NCBI GenBank assembly: GCA_964504595.1
Contig: CAZDEE010000005.1
Span: forward strand, 7,883-71,882
Reading direction: 5' to 3'
From: an uncultured Staphylococcaceae bacterium
Lineage (GTDB): Bacteria > Bacillota_I > Bacilli_A > RFN20 > CAG-826
Length of the DNA stretch: 64,000 bases
The translations under genes and the position numbers were made by a program. How positions within the stretch are numbered: position 1 is the stretch's first letter; the number at the start of each line of letters is the position of its first letter. A model generated the notes under the pieces. The model was not told where the DNA came from. It saw only the letters and a list, made by a program, of their open reading frames with translations, and searched no databases. Positions 49,637-60,350 of this stretch are shown piece after piece.

Positions 49637-50851
49637 ATGAAGTCATTAAAAGAATTATTTGTTGTTGGTCCTGGTCCTTCATCTAGTCATACAATAGGGC
49701 CTAAGAAAGCTGCAGAAATATTTAAAAAGAAGTATTCAGAAGCTTCTTCTTTTAAAGTTATTCTTTATGGATCTTTAGCGCTAACTGGTAAAGGACATTT
49801 AACAGATTATATCATTTTAAAGGTTCTAGGAGAAAATAGCGAAGTGATATTTAACTATAATGAAACAAATATTCCTCATCCTAATACAATGGATTTTATA
49901 GCTTTTAATAATACAATGGAAGTTATTGGTCAAAATCGTTTCTTTTCATTAGGTGGAGGAGCAATATCAATTGAAAATGAAAGTTTTCATGAACCGAAGG
50001 AAGTTTATCCATTTAATTCATTTGATGAAATGAATAAATGTTTAGAACAATTAAAATCAAATAATTATTATGAATTAGTTTATAAATATGAAGATAGTGA
50101 TATTGAAGATTATCTTACATATTGTTTAAAAACGATGTTTAATTGTGTCGAAACTGGTTTAAATAAAACTGGAATTATACCAGGTAAGTTACAACTCGAA
50201 AGAGTGGCAAAAGAGATATATCTTTCCGCAATAGATGAATCGACTTCTAATGATGAAAGAAGGACTTTATTAATTTCTTCATTTGCTTACGCTGTAAGTG
50301 AAAATAATGCTTCCGGATTTGATGTTGTAACCGCACCAACATGTGGAAGTGCGGGAGTTATTCCAGCTGTTTTATATTATGAGTATAAATATAATAACCG
50401 GACAATTAAAGAACTAGTTCATGCATTAATGGTCGCAGGATTAATCGGTAATATTGTAAAAAAAATGGCGACTATATCTGGCGCGGTTGGTGGATGCCAA
50501 GCAGAAATTGGTACCGCAACTATGATGGCGGCAGGAGCGATATCTTCATTATATGGTTTGAAGAATTATCAAATTGAATATGCTTCTGAACTTGCTTTAG
50601 AGCATATGTTAGGCTTAACTTGTGATCCTGTATTAGGATATGTACAAATTCCTTGTATTGAAAGAAATGCTGGTTCTGCTTTAAGAGCGTATGATGCCTT
50701 TCTGTATGCAAAAATTATATCATCTAAAAGAAAGAATCGGATTTCTTTAGATGATGTTGTGCGTGCAATGAAAATTACTGGTGATGAATTGAGCGCGGAT
50801 TATAAAGAAACATCACAAGGTGGACTTGCTAAAGTCTACAGAAATAAATAA
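49637..50851 (+). CDS. sdaA: L-serine ammonia-lyase, Fe-S dependent, single chain
   Basis: GPGPSSSHTIGP, SLALTGKGHLTD, TAPTCGSAG, GGCQAEIG, EHMLGLTCDP, QIPCIERN, YKETSQGGL. Confidence 0.95.
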   Translation: MKSLKELFVVGPGPSSSHTIGPKKAAEIFKKKYSEASSFKVILYGSLALTGKGHLTDYIILKVLGENSEVIFNYNETNIPHPNTMDFIAFNNTMEVIGQNRFFSLGGGAISIENESFHEPKEVYPFNSFDEMNKCLEQLKSNNYYELVYKYEDSDIEDYLTYCLKTMFNCVETGLNKTGIIPGKLQLERVAKEIYLSAIDESTSNDERRTLLISSFAYAVSENNASGFDVVTAPTCGSAGVIPAVLYYEYKYNNRTIKELVHALMVAGLIGNIVKKMATISGAVGGCQAEIGTATMMAAGAISSLYGLKNYQIEYASELALEHMLGLTCDPVLGYVQIPCIERNAGSALRAYDAFLYAKIISSKRKNRISLDDVVRAMKITGDELSADYKETSQGGLAKVYRNK

Positions 50852-50885
50852 AGCCATCTAAAAATATGGCAACTTTTTGCTCTTT

Positions 50886-50962
50886 TGGCGTCCGTGGAGG
50901 AATTCGAATCCCCGACACCTGCCTTAGGAGGGCAGTGCTCTGTCCAGCTGAGCTACACGGAC
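50886..50962 (-). tRNA. tRNA-Arg(CCT)
   Basis: GTCCGTG acceptor, CTGCC-CTCCTAA-GGCAG, A20 and G73 Arg identity elements, CCA. Confidence 0.95.
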
Positions 50963-51218
50963 ATATAAAAAAATAACTAATATGCTGAACTTTGAAATAA
51001 TTTTTTTAAAAGTCAGCAACAAGATTATAGCAAAAAACATTTTTCATATAAAGTATGTATATTAAAAAACAATATAATTTAATGATTTAAAATGATATAA
51101 TTTTTAGCAAGAAGGATATTGAATTTTTAAATGTAACTAAAAGTTATTTTTAATTAATACTTGTAGCGGATACTTATTAAAGTATTGGTATTATAATATT
51201 TTAAAAGGAGATAAATGT

Positions 51219-51971
51219 ATGAAGGCGTTAATTACTGGAGCGAGTTCAGGTATAGGTAGAGACTTAGCTATTGACTTAGCTAAAAGAGGGTACGATTTGA
51301 TAATAGTGTCAAGAAGAGAAGATAAACTATTAGAAATTAAAGAAATGTTGAATGTCGACGTTCAAGTAATACCATTAGATTTAGGTAAAAAAGAAAATTG
51401 TTATTATTTGTTTAATCTTCTTAAAAATCAAGATATCGATATTTTGATAAACAATGCAGGATTTGGCTATTTAGGCGAATTTAAGGATATGAAAACAGAT
51501 AAAATTGAAAATATGATAGATTTAAATGTCACAAGTTTAACTATTTTATTTAATCTCTTTTTAGGTGAATTTACAAAAAGAAATAATGGTTTTATATTAA
51601 ATGTTGCTTCTTCATCAGTTTATACATTTGGACCTTTAATGAGTGAATATTACGCTACTAAGTCATATGTGTATCAGTTAACTAGAAGTGTTAGTGAAGA
51701 ATTAAGACAAAGCAAATCAAAAGTTAAAGTATCAGTTTTATGTCCAGGACCGGTTAAAACTGAATTTAATGAAACCGCGAATGCAAATAATTGTGGTTCT
51801 GCATATAAAAGTGATTATGTCGCAAAATACGCACTTGATAAAATGTTTAAAGGCAAAAAAGTTATTGTTCCAGGTATAAAAATTAAAATAAGAAAGTTTT
51901 TTGCAAAGTTTGTTAGTGAAAAATGGCTTTTACGTATTGGTTATTTATTTCAAAAGAAGAAAATCCGTTAA
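51219..51971 (+). CDS. SDR family oxidoreductase
   Basis: TGASSGIG, NNAGFG, YYATK, CPGPVKT. Confidence 0.93.
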   Translation: MKALITGASSGIGRDLAIDLAKRGYDLIIVSRREDKLLEIKEMLNVDVQVIPLDLGKKENCYYLFNLLKNQDIDILINNAGFGYLGEFKDMKTDKIENMIDLNVTSLTILFNLFLGEFTKRNNGFILNVASSSVYTFGPLMSEYYATKSYVYQLTRSVSEELRQSKSKVKVSVLCPGPVKTEFNETANANNCGSAYKSDYVAKYALDKMFKGKKVIVPGIKIKIRKFFAKFVSEKWLLRIGYLFQKKKIR

Positions 51972-52012
51972 TCATTGAATGATGTTTTTTTAAATGGTAA
52001 AATATTTAAGCT

Positions 52013-52089
52013 GTCCCCGTAGCTCAGGTGGATAGAGTACAACCCTCCGAAGGTTGGGGTCGCACGTTCGAATCGTGTCGGGGACGCCA
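52013..52089 (+). tRNA. tRNA-Arg(CCG)
   Basis: GTCCCCG acceptor, CAACC-CTCCGAA-GGTTG, A20, G73, CCA. Confidence 0.95.
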
Positions 52090-52494
52090 AAAAAATGCAA
52101 AACTGTAATAGAGTAGGAATTATATAAAAATTTATAATTTATAGGAAATTACAGTTTATAAGCAGTCAAAAAAGTTAAAGAACTTGAATGTAGAAATCTG
52201 AGTTTTTAATACTAAATTAGGTATAGGGGTTACATATGATTTAAGTCGAAGTGACAATTTTTTATTGTTTCTATTTTCTCATCGATATTCGGAGTATGTA
52301 AGAGAAGAAAAGATGGACTTAATGAATGAAAATATTTCCTTGTTAGATAACTATATTAAATTAGAGGGGATTAATAATTAAACCTTACTTGGATGTTTAT
52401 ATAATGAAGTAAAAACGTAATAAATATGCAAAAATTTTTAAAAAATTATTTTGTTATGCTACACTAATAACGAGGCGATGGATATGGTTTTGAA

Positions 52495-52610
52495 ATAATT
52501 AACAATGTCCAAAAGCTTAAACAAAGTGAGTACGTTAAATATCTTGGAATATCACTTATTAGTAGTTATTATAATTATGAAAACGATGTTAGCAAGATTA
52601 GATTATAGCA
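52495..52610 (+). pseudogene. Possible remnant of an XRE HTH gene
   Basis: Reads QKLKQSEYVKYLGISLISSYYNYEND, resembling L.Q.E.A..LGIS...Y.NYE; no intact ORF. Confidence 0.35.
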
Positions 52611-52746
52611 AAACAAAACAAATTGACGGAATTCTCTATCAGAATGTTAAAAAATTCTTAAAGCAATTGTGAGCTTTATATATTAATTAATTATTTAAAA
52701 TGTATTTTCTTGTTTAAAATTATATATGTAAGGAAAGGTGATGTTA

Positions 52747-53118
52747 ATGGATATTTATGAATCTTCTGAAGATTATTTAGAAACTATTTTGATCTTGAAG
52801 GAAAAAAATGATGTGGTTAGATCTATTGATATTGCAAGAAGTATGCATTTCTCTAAACCTAGCGTTAGTGTGGCAATGAAAAAACTTAAAGAAAATGGTT
52901 ATATAAATGTTGATAGTGAAGGTCATATTTCACTAACGGAATTAGGCTATGAGATTGCTTCTAAAACATATGAAAAACATCAAATTCTTGTTTCAGCATT
53001 AATTGGTTTAGGAGTTAGTGAAAGTCAAGCAAGGGAAGATGCTTGCAAAATTGAACACGATTTAAGTGAAGAATCATTTAAAGCGATAAAGAAATATATT
53101 CAAAATATGGAGAAATAA
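52747..53118 (+). CDS. DtxR/MntR family metal-dependent regulator
   Basis: ESSEDYLETI, VRSIDIA..M.FSKPSVS.A, EKH, EDACKIEH.LS. Confidence 0.93.
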   Translation: MDIYESSEDYLETILILKEKNDVVRSIDIARSMHFSKPSVSVAMKKLKENGYINVDSEGHISLTELGYEIASKTYEKHQILVSALIGLGVSESQAREDACKIEHDLSEESFKAIKKYIQNMEK

Positions 53119-53171
53119 GGAGCCATTAAGGTTCCTTTTTTGCTAGTATAAACATAGTTTATAAATGAAAG

Positions 53172-53256
53172 GTTAGTTTTCACTAACTTTTTTTAAAAAA
53201 CTATTGCATTTTCATAAACACGGGTTTATAATCATGCTAGTTAGTTGGAACTAACT
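53172..53256 (+). promoter_or_regulatory. Two DtxR-type boxes flanking the feo promoter
   Basis: GTTAG-N6-CTAAC at 53172-53187 and AGTTAG-N6-CTAACT at 53239-53256 around TTGCAT-N17-TATAAT. Confidence 0.8.
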
Positions 53257-53275
53257 CATATAAGGAGGTATATCT

Positions 53276-53488
53276 ATGCCAATCGTTATTGCACCACTTA
53301 ACAGAACTTTAAGAATCATTAAAATTTTAGCTCAAGACAAAGTAAAGAAACATTTGGAAAGCTTAGGATTAACTGTCGATTCTTTAGTAACGGTTATTTC
53401 AAACACAAATGGAAGTGTTATTCTTCAAGTTAAAGATGGAAGATTAGCCCTTGACCATGATATAGCTACTAAAATTCTAGTTGCGTAA
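53276..53488 (+). CDS. feoA: Ferrous iron transport protein A
   Basis: HLESLGL, GSVIL.VKDGRLALD...A.KI. Confidence 0.85.
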   Translation: MPIVIAPLNRTLRIIKILAQDKVKKHLESLGLTVDSLVTVISNTNGSVILQVKDGRLALDHDIATKILVA

Positions 53489-53501
53489 AGGGAGGATAAA
53501 T

Positions 53502-53741
53502 ATGCTAAAAACACTAGACAAATTTGAAATTGGCGAGACTGGCCAAATTGTCAAAGTTGATGGCGAAGGAAGAATTCGACGTCGATTATTTGACATGGGT
53601 GTTACTCCGGGAGCGGAAGTAATACTAAGAAAAAAAGCTCCACTTGGTGATCCATTAGAAGTAACAATTCGTGGATATGAATTAACATTAAGAAAAAGTG
53701 AAGCTTGTTTTGTAACATTAGAATCAAGGGGGAACAAATAA
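53502..53741 (+). CDS. feoA: Ferrous iron transport protein A
   Basis: RRRLFDMGVTPG, APLGDPLE..IRGY.LTLRK.EA. Confidence 0.93.
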   Translation: MLKTLDKFEIGETGQIVKVDGEGRIRRRLFDMGVTPGAEVILRKKAPLGDPLEVTIRGYELTLRKSEACFVTLESRGNK

Positions 53742-56020
53742 TGAAAAATTTTGCTCTTGCTGGAAATCCTAATTCAGGAAAAACAACTTTATTTAATTCA
53801 CTTACAGGAAGTACCGCACACGTTGGTAACTGGCCTGGTGTTACTGTTGATAAAAAAGAAGGTACTTATAAGAAACTTAGTGAACCGGTTAATATATTAG
53901 ATTTACCAGGTATTTACTCTTTGTCACCTTATACACCAGAAGAAGTTATTTCAAGACATTATATATTAGAGGAAAAACCAGACTGTATCATTAACATCAT
54001 CGATGCAACAAATTTAGAAAGAAACTTATATCTTACTACGCAAATTCTTGAAATCGATGTTCCAGTGGTTGTTGCCTTAAATATGATTGATGTAGTTGAA
54101 AAACAAGGTGATAAAATTGATGTTAAAGAATTAGAAAAGAAATTAGGTGTTCCAGTTGTTTCTATTTCCGCATTAAAAGAAGACAATATAGATAAACTTA
54201 TGCAAGTTGCTTATAAAGCTTCTTTAGAAAAGAGAAATGGGCATACAATTATTGAAAATAAAGAATTATTACATCTTATTGGTGATATTAAAATTGCTTT
54301 TAAGGGTAAAAAGGTTAACAATCCATTATTCCACGCAATTAAGCTTGTCGAAAATGATGAATTAGAAGTTAAAGAACACGAAGATTTATTAGGAATGGTC
54401 GATGAATTTAAAGAGACATTCAATGATGAAGTGTTTGGATCTGATTTTGAAGCTTTAATTGCGGATGCAAGATATAAATATATTTCAAAATATTTTGCCC
54501 CAGTAATTACTAAAAAAGAAAAAGATACAAAAAAATTAACAATGTCCGATCGTATTGACCGAATATTAACAAATAAATGGGCAGGTATTCCAATTTTCTT
54601 GGTTATCTTATTCTTAGTCTTCCATTTAACATTCTCAACAAATTTCTTATTCTTAGGAGGATTGTTTAAGGATGCAAGTGCAAGTTTTGAAGGCTCAGCA
54701 TTTGAAGGATTAATTTGGACTAGTGAAGGATTAAATTCTCCAGGTGCAATTCTATTTAACTTGATGGATTGTATAACTGCATTGCTAGGTGATGCAGTAG
54801 CGGGCTTAATTGAAGGAACGCCATTATGGGTTCAAGGACTTATTAACGATGGTATCTTAGGTGGCGTATTTAGCGTCCTAAGCTTTGTTCCACAAATACT
54901 TATCTTATTCTTATTCTTCTCAATTTTAGAAGATTCCGGATATATGGCTCGTGTTGCTTTTATCTTAGATAGAATTTTTAGAAAATTTGGTTTATCTGGA
55001 AGAGCATTTATGCCAATGATTATGGGATTTGGATGCTCAGTTCCAGCAATTATTAATACAAGAACACTTGCCGATGAAAATGAAAGAACCGCAACTGTAA
55101 GAGTTATTCCATTCTTCTCTTGTGGAGCAAAATTACCAATCTTAACCGCAATTGCAGGTGCGATTGTTAGTTCATTCGGTGTCGGTAATGCTGATTTTAT
55201 TACTTATGCGATGTATATCTTAGGAATGGTGACCGCGATTGTTAGTGTCATCTTAATGAGAAAGACTACAATGAAAGGTGAAGTACCACCATTCATTATG
55301 GAATTACCTGCATATCACGCACCACAATTTAAATCATTAATGATTCACTTGTGGGATAAATTAAAACATTATATTAAAAAAGCATTTACAATTATTTTAG
55401 CTTCAACAATTGTTATTTGGTTTTTATCGAACTTTAGCTTCGCTTATGAATTCTTACCAGAAACTAGAATTATTGAAGGAGAAGAAATCTTTGCAAACTT
55501 CAGAATGGATGAAAGTATTTTAGGTGGATTAGGAAACTTAATCGCACCATTATTCGCTCCTCTTGGATTTGGTAGTAATTTAGGAACATTTGGCTGGGTC
55601 TTCGCAGTAGCCGCTGTAACAGGACTTATTGCCAAAGAAAATGTTATTGCAACATTTGGTACATTAGCAGCTTGTGTTGCCGGAACATATGTCGCATCTG
55701 AAGATGGTGTTGCGGAAGTCATGGCTATGATTCAAGCAACAGGTGTTACAATTCCTGCGTTAATTGCCTTTATTGCCTTCAATATGACAACAATTCCTTG
55801 CTTTGCTGCAGTTGCAACTGCTAAAGGAGAATTGTTAGATAAGAAATTTAAAGGAACATTGGTATTCTGGCTTGTCACTTCATACATTGTTTCCATGATG
55901 ATTTATGTTATCGGATCATGGTGGTGGACAGCATTTATATTCGCTGGTCTTGCTGTTCTTGCAGTACTTATTATTAATTACTATAATAAGCAACAAGAAT
56001 TAAAAGGACTTAACGCTTAA
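53741..56020 (+). CDS. feoB: Ferrous iron transporter B
   Basis: GNPNSGKT, GNWPGVTVD, DLPGIYSL, NMID, EDSGYMAR, GFGCSVPA, CGAKLP, FIMELP.Y, PCFAA. Confidence 0.97.
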   Translation: MKNFALAGNPNSGKTTLFNSLTGSTAHVGNWPGVTVDKKEGTYKKLSEPVNILDLPGIYSLSPYTPEEVISRHYILEEKPDCIINIIDATNLERNLYLTTQILEIDVPVVVALNMIDVVEKQGDKIDVKELEKKLGVPVVSISALKEDNIDKLMQVAYKASLEKRNGHTIIENKELLHLIGDIKIAFKGKKVNNPLFHAIKLVENDELEVKEHEDLLGMVDEFKETFNDEVFGSDFEALIADARYKYISKYFAPVITKKEKDTKKLTMSDRIDRILTNKWAGIPIFLVILFLVFHLTFSTNFLFLGGLFKDASASFEGSAFEGLIWTSEGLNSPGAILFNLMDCITALLGDAVAGLIEGTPLWVQGLINDGILGGVFSVLSFVPQILILFLFFSILEDSGYMARVAFILDRIFRKFGLSGRAFMPMIMGFGCSVPAIINTRTLADENERTATVRVIPFFSCGAKLPILTAIAGAIVSSFGVGNADFITYAMYILGMVTAIVSVILMRKTTMKGEVPPFIMELPAYHAPQFKSLMIHLWDKLKHYIKKAFTIILASTIVIWFLSNFSFAYEFLPETRIIEGEEIFANFRMDESILGGLGNLIAPLFAPLGFGSNLGTFGWVFAVAAVTGLIAKENVIATFGTLAACVAGTYVASEDGVAEVMAMIQATGVTIPALIAFIAFNMTTIPCFAAVATAKGELLDKKFKGTLVFWLVTSYIVSMMIYVIGSWWWTAFIFAGLAVLAVLIINYYNKQQELKGLNA

Positions 56021-56187
56021 TGATATTTGAAATTATTTTTGCGATTTTAGTAGTTGCGTTCGTTGTTTATATTTTTGGAAAAGAAATATATAAAAAGAAA
56101 AAGCATTTACCAAGCGATGAGTGTTGTGCTTGTTCGAAAAGCAAAGTTAGATGGGTTAAAGAATATCGAAAATGTAATAAAAAGTAA
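56020..56187 (+). CDS. FeoB-associated Cys-rich small membrane protein (55 aa, absent from the ORF track)
   Basis: TAATG overlap with the feoB stop; MIFEIIFAILVVAFVVYIFGKEIYKKKK...ECCACS. Confidence 0.75.
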   Translation: MIFEIIFAILVVAFVVYIFGKEIYKKKKHLPSDECCACSKSKVRWVKEYRKCNKK

Positions 56188-56205
56188 ACTTCTATAAATG
56201 TCTAG

Positions 56206-56235
56206 ACCTATGGATTGATGTCCATAGGTTTTTTC
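56206..56235 (+). terminator. Terminator of the feo operon
   Basis: ACCTATGGA-TTGATG-TCCATAGGT plus T-run. Confidence 0.8.
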
Positions 56236-56294
56236 TTGACTAAATAAGAAAAAATAGGTAGATTATTTCTATTAATTAGAAAGGATTTGGAAAT

Positions 56295-56966
56295 ATGATT
56301 GAAAATGTAAAATTACCTAATTATAGTAAGAAAGAAGAAAAAATTAATTTTATAACACATCTATTAGGTATTGGATTAGGGGTATTCGCACTTATTATTT
56401 TTATAGTTTTTATTATTTTAAAAGAAATATTATTTGTCGATGCACTTTCTTTAATTATTTATGCTTTAAGCATGATTATATTGTATTTAATGAGTTCTCT
56501 TTATCATGGTATTAAAAATGAAAAACATAAGAAATTATTTCGTTTAATAGATCATAGTACTATTTATTTATTAATCGCGGGAACTTACACTCCAATATGT
56601 TTAATACCTTTAAAACATTTATTATTTGGAAATATTAGTTTAATAGTGGTATGGAGTTGCGCGATTGTTGGCATAATATTAAATATGTGCTTTTTTAATA
56701 AAAAAACAACTTCTGTAGTATCTATGTTTATATATGTTATCGCCGGATGGATTATTATTTGCGGTGTAAAAGATGTCATTAATTATTGGGGAATACCAGG
56801 ATTTTTATGGACCTTAATTGGCGGTATAATATATACAGTTGGTATTTTATTTTATGGTTTAGGTAAACAAAAACCATATCGTCATGCGATATGGCATATG
56901 TTTGTTTTTTTAGGAAGTTTAATACAGTTCTTAGGTATTTTCTTAGAAATTGTTTTAGTTTATTAG
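56295..56966 (+). CDS. Hemolysin III / PAQR family membrane protein
   Basis: EE..NFITH, SSLYH, DHSTIYLLIAGTYTP, HAIWHMFV. Confidence 0.93.
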   Translation: MIENVKLPNYSKKEEKINFITHLLGIGLGVFALIIFIVFIILKEILFVDALSLIIYALSMIILYLMSSLYHGIKNEKHKKLFRLIDHSTIYLLIAGTYTPICLIPLKHLLFGNISLIVVWSCAIVGIILNMCFFNKKTTSVVSMFIYVIAGWIIICGVKDVINYWGIPGFLWTLIGGIIYTVGILFYGLGKQKPYRHAIWHMFVFLGSLIQFLGIFLEIVLVY

Positions 56967-57436
56967 TTTTCAGAATCAGAAGTAGAGGCTGGCTTTTTAA
57001 AAACAAAATATTTTTGATAAAAGAATTCACTAACAAGATTGATAATCATTGTCATGGCTAATATTAAATATTCATTTGCACCATTTTTATCTACAAGTAG
57101 GTGTGTCCATAGTAATTGAAGTGGGGTGAAAACTACATAGAATGCCGCAACTTTAAGCATAGCAATTGTGATATTACTTGCATCTTTAAATGTGAACTTA
57201 CGATTAAAGGTGAAATTCCATAAAACTGATAGAATTAAAGCGATTGTAGAAGCTAACCAAACTAACCCTAAATCATCGAAGTGACATATTTCAAGAAGTA
57301 TGGTTTCAGTTAATAGTTGTATTGCACCGGCAGAACCTGAAAAAATGACAAACTTTAATGTTTGCATTAGATTTTCATTTTTCGAATTTTTATCATTATT
57401 TTCTTCTTTTATTTCATTTTCAATTTTTTCACTCAT
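56963..57436 (-). CDS. GtrA family protein
   Basis: KFVIFS, LSVLWNFTFNRKFTFK, QKYFVFK. Confidence 0.88.
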   Translation of the reverse strand: MSEKIENEIKEENNDKNSKNENLMQTLKFVIFSGSAGAIQLLTETILLEICHFDDLGLVWLASTIALILSVLWNFTFNRKFTFKDASNITIAMLKVAAFYVVFTPLQLLWTHLLVDKNGANEYLILAMTMIINLVSEFFYQKYFVFKKPASTSDSEN

Positions 57437-57721
57437 AGTAAATTACTCCTTATTTTCACTAGTTTATACTAAAAAAAGTGAAAATAAAAGTAGTAATTGT
57501 TCTCATTTTAAAGACCAAATGGATTGTTTTTTGATTTTATTTGATTAATCGTTATCAATTTGTGCCAATATTAAAAATATTGACATTGTTTTTTTAAAGT
57601 ATATAATTTATACATATTAATTTATAGAAACGATGCATTTAAATATATAAGTACTTAACTAAATAGCGATAATGTATCATTTCTTACTTGAATATTTAGC
57701 AAAAGAAAGGCGGATGAATTT

Positions 57722-60349
57722 ATGAAATTAATCAAGAAGATGGTTCGTGTTTTGTTATTTGTTTTCATAATTTTTGGAAGTTTTAGTTGTGGAGGAGAAA
57801 CTTCTACAATTAACGGAATAACAATTAACGTTTTATCTAACAGTGGAAAGAAATTAGAAGATGTAGAAGTTAAATTGTATCAAAAAAACAAATTATTTAT
57901 ATCTTCAAAAACCAACGAAGAAGGAAAAGTCTTTTTTGATACTCCACTTAAAAAATATGATATTAAATTAGATAACATTCCAAGTGGTTATTATTTAGAT
58001 CAACAATATAAAACCGATACAAAAACTAGCACATATGATGTAGTTTTGTATTCAAAAATAATTGATGGTGATCGACCACAAGATGCTGGAAATTATTCTG
58101 TTGGCGATGTTGTATATGATCACTCGTTTATAAATACCGATGGAGATGAACTTAAATTATCATCTTTACTTGACGATTATAAAGCAATTTTTATTAACTT
58201 TTTCTATATTGGTTGTACATGGTGTGAGAGAGAATTTCCATTCTTACAAGAAGGTTATGAACTTTATAACGATAAGATTGCGGTAATTGCCTTATCTTAC
58301 CAAGATACACTTGATGCAATGTCAGCTTACAAGAATTATTATAAATACACATTTAATTTTTGCTTCGATGCTGATATGTTTACAAGTTATTTTTCAGTTA
58401 CAGGATTTCCTACTTCAATTTTGATTGATCGTTATGGAGTAATTCGTGTTTTCCATGACTCAGCAATTTTAGCAGTTGATAATTTCACAGAAATGTTTGA
58501 AAAGTATACAAGCGATAGTTATGTTCCAAAAGAAGAAGGTTCTGAAGATGGTGGAGATGTTATTAAACCAACAGTTACCATGCCAGAATCTAAAGATATT
58601 GAAGCGGCAATTAACGGAAAAGATTTTACGTCAAGTTGGTATGCTGATCCATATGAAGGAACTGCAGAGTATTCATGGCCATGGGTGTTAAGCGAAGATG
58701 GTAAATCGATTTATCCATCTAATAGCAAAGTTAATACTTCAAGTGCAAAAATATATACCAAAGTCCATTTGAAAGCAAATCAAGTATTTGTTTTTGATTT
58801 CTTACCATCAACAGAAGAATATGGTGATTATTTAAATGTTTATGTAGATGGAATTATAGAATTCTCTATCAGTGGAGTTAATGTTAATTGGTTAACATCA
58901 TACGCTTTTATTGCTAGTGATGAAGCTGATTATGAAATAGCATTTGTTTATGAAAAAGATGATGATACTCATACTGGTAACGATAAAGTTTTAATTAACA
59001 ATGTCCGTATTATTAATGATAGTGAAATTACTGAGGAAATGTATCTTCGTAAGCATGCATCTTATGGATATAGTGAAACGACAAAAAGATATGAAAACAA
59101 GGTTGATATTTTCTTAAATCAAAATGATGGCTATTATCATGTTAATAGTGTTAATGGACCTTTACTTTTATTAGATATGATGGGAGCGTACGCGAATCAT
59201 TATACATATGTACCTATTTATCAATTAATTTCTGCAGGTAATTTTAAGCTTGGTAATACTGATTATACTTCACGTATGGAAGAATATTATGTTTGGGCCT
59301 ATAATAACGATCTTGGCTCCACTCCAGTGACTGAAGAATTAAAAACAATTTTAGAAGAATTCACACTATATTATTACCGTAACCAAAATGGAAATACTGA
59401 TGGTTATAATAATCAATGGCTCGATTTATGTTGTTATTATGTTGGATATAATAAAAATGGTGTTGAATTATCAGATCCAATTAAAGGCTTATCTACAATG
59501 TCATCTTTTGAAGCAAAATTAGGTGATCAAAATTTTGTTAATATTGAAAGATTTACCATGCCAAGAGGAATATTATGTAAATTTACTCCAACAGAAAGTG
59601 GCGTTTATAAAATTAATAGTGTTTCAAATAATAATGTAGTCGCGTGGATTTTCTTAAATGATGATCGTAACAATGGATTATATTTTGAAAGTACTACAGC
59701 AGAACGTTATTATAGTATTACAGACATATCAGATCCTAACTATATTGATAATTATTCCAAAAACTATAATATGTATGTCTATTTAGAAGCGGGTACTTCA
59801 TATTATATTTGTTCTGGATTTGATGATATGTATGAGACCGGTACAATTCAATTCAATATTGAATTACTTGATGATGATTTTACATATTTTAGATTATGTT
59901 CTTTTGGACCATTTACTTCTGAAAATGATGATTTAACTGGTGATGTTATTATTGGAGATGGCATTAATTATGAATTAGGCGAGGATGGTTATTATCATGA
60001 GAAATATAGTGATGGTACTTTAGGTTCAATTATTTATTGTGATTTCACTTATGCTTCTTATTTGAATTACTCAATCAACTATCTAATTGAAAATAATTAT
60101 TTCAACTTTAAATATGATCAATATGAAGAACAAGTTGGCGATGGAAATGATTATACTGAAGTAATGAAAGAATATCAAAAGAAAATTATTACTGAAAATA
60201 ATATTACTAAAGGATGTGTTCCAGTAGATACTCAACTTGCTCAAATACTACAAGAATTAATGGATATTTATACCTTTGATGGTGTAAAAGGTTCATGGCT
60301 TAAATTATGTTACTACTATAAAAATGTCGCATTATCGGAGGGAAAATAA
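57722..60349 (+). CDS. Large lipoprotein with TlpA/redoxin domain and two copies of an unrecognised domain
   Basis: Lipobox SFSC; INFFYIGCTWCEREFP (CxxC), GFPTSILIDRYG. Confidence 0.75.
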   Translation: MKLIKKMVRVLLFVFIIFGSFSCGGETSTINGITINVLSNSGKKLEDVEVKLYQKNKLFISSKTNEEGKVFFDTPLKKYDIKLDNIPSGYYLDQQYKTDTKTSTYDVVLYSKIIDGDRPQDAGNYSVGDVVYDHSFINTDGDELKLSSLLDDYKAIFINFFYIGCTWCEREFPFLQEGYELYNDKIAVIALSYQDTLDAMSAYKNYYKYTFNFCFDADMFTSYFSVTGFPTSILIDRYGVIRVFHDSAILAVDNFTEMFEKYTSDSYVPKEEGSEDGGDVIKPTVTMPESKDIEAAINGKDFTSSWYADPYEGTAEYSWPWVLSEDGKSIYPSNSKVNTSSAKIYTKVHLKANQVFVFDFLPSTEEYGDYLNVYVDGIIEFSISGVNVNWLTSYAFIASDEADYEIAFVYEKDDDTHTGNDKVLINNVRIINDSEITEEMYLRKHASYGYSETTKRYENKVDIFLNQNDGYYHVNSVNGPLLLLDMMGAYANHYTYVPIYQLISAGNFKLGNTDYTSRMEEYYVWAYNNDLGSTPVTEELKTILEEFTLYYYRNQNGNTDGYNNQWLDLCCYYVGYNKNGVELSDPIKGLSTMSSFEAKLGDQNFVNIERFTMPRGILCKFTPTESGVYKINSVSNNNVVAWIFLNDDRNNGLYFESTTAERYYSITDISDPNYIDNYSKNYNMYVYLEAGTSYYICSGFDDMYETGTIQFNIELLDDDFTYFRLCSFGPFTSENDDLTGDVIIGDGINYELGEDGYYHEKYSDGTLGSIIYCDFTYASYLNYSINYLIENNYFNFKYDQYEEQVGDGNDYTEVMKEYQKKIITENNITKGCVPVDTQLAQILQELMDIYTFDGVKGSWLKLCYYYKNVALSEGK

Positions 60350-60350
60350 T

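Noticed and set aside
50886-52089. Possible arginine codon reassignment (AGG or CGG), as known in some uncultured Bacilli
   Set aside because: Both tRNAs keep the Arg identity elements A20 and G73. AGG and CGG occupy conserved Arg positions (nitroreductase ARHSVR; ligase YSRGG; YhcG YNRAL).
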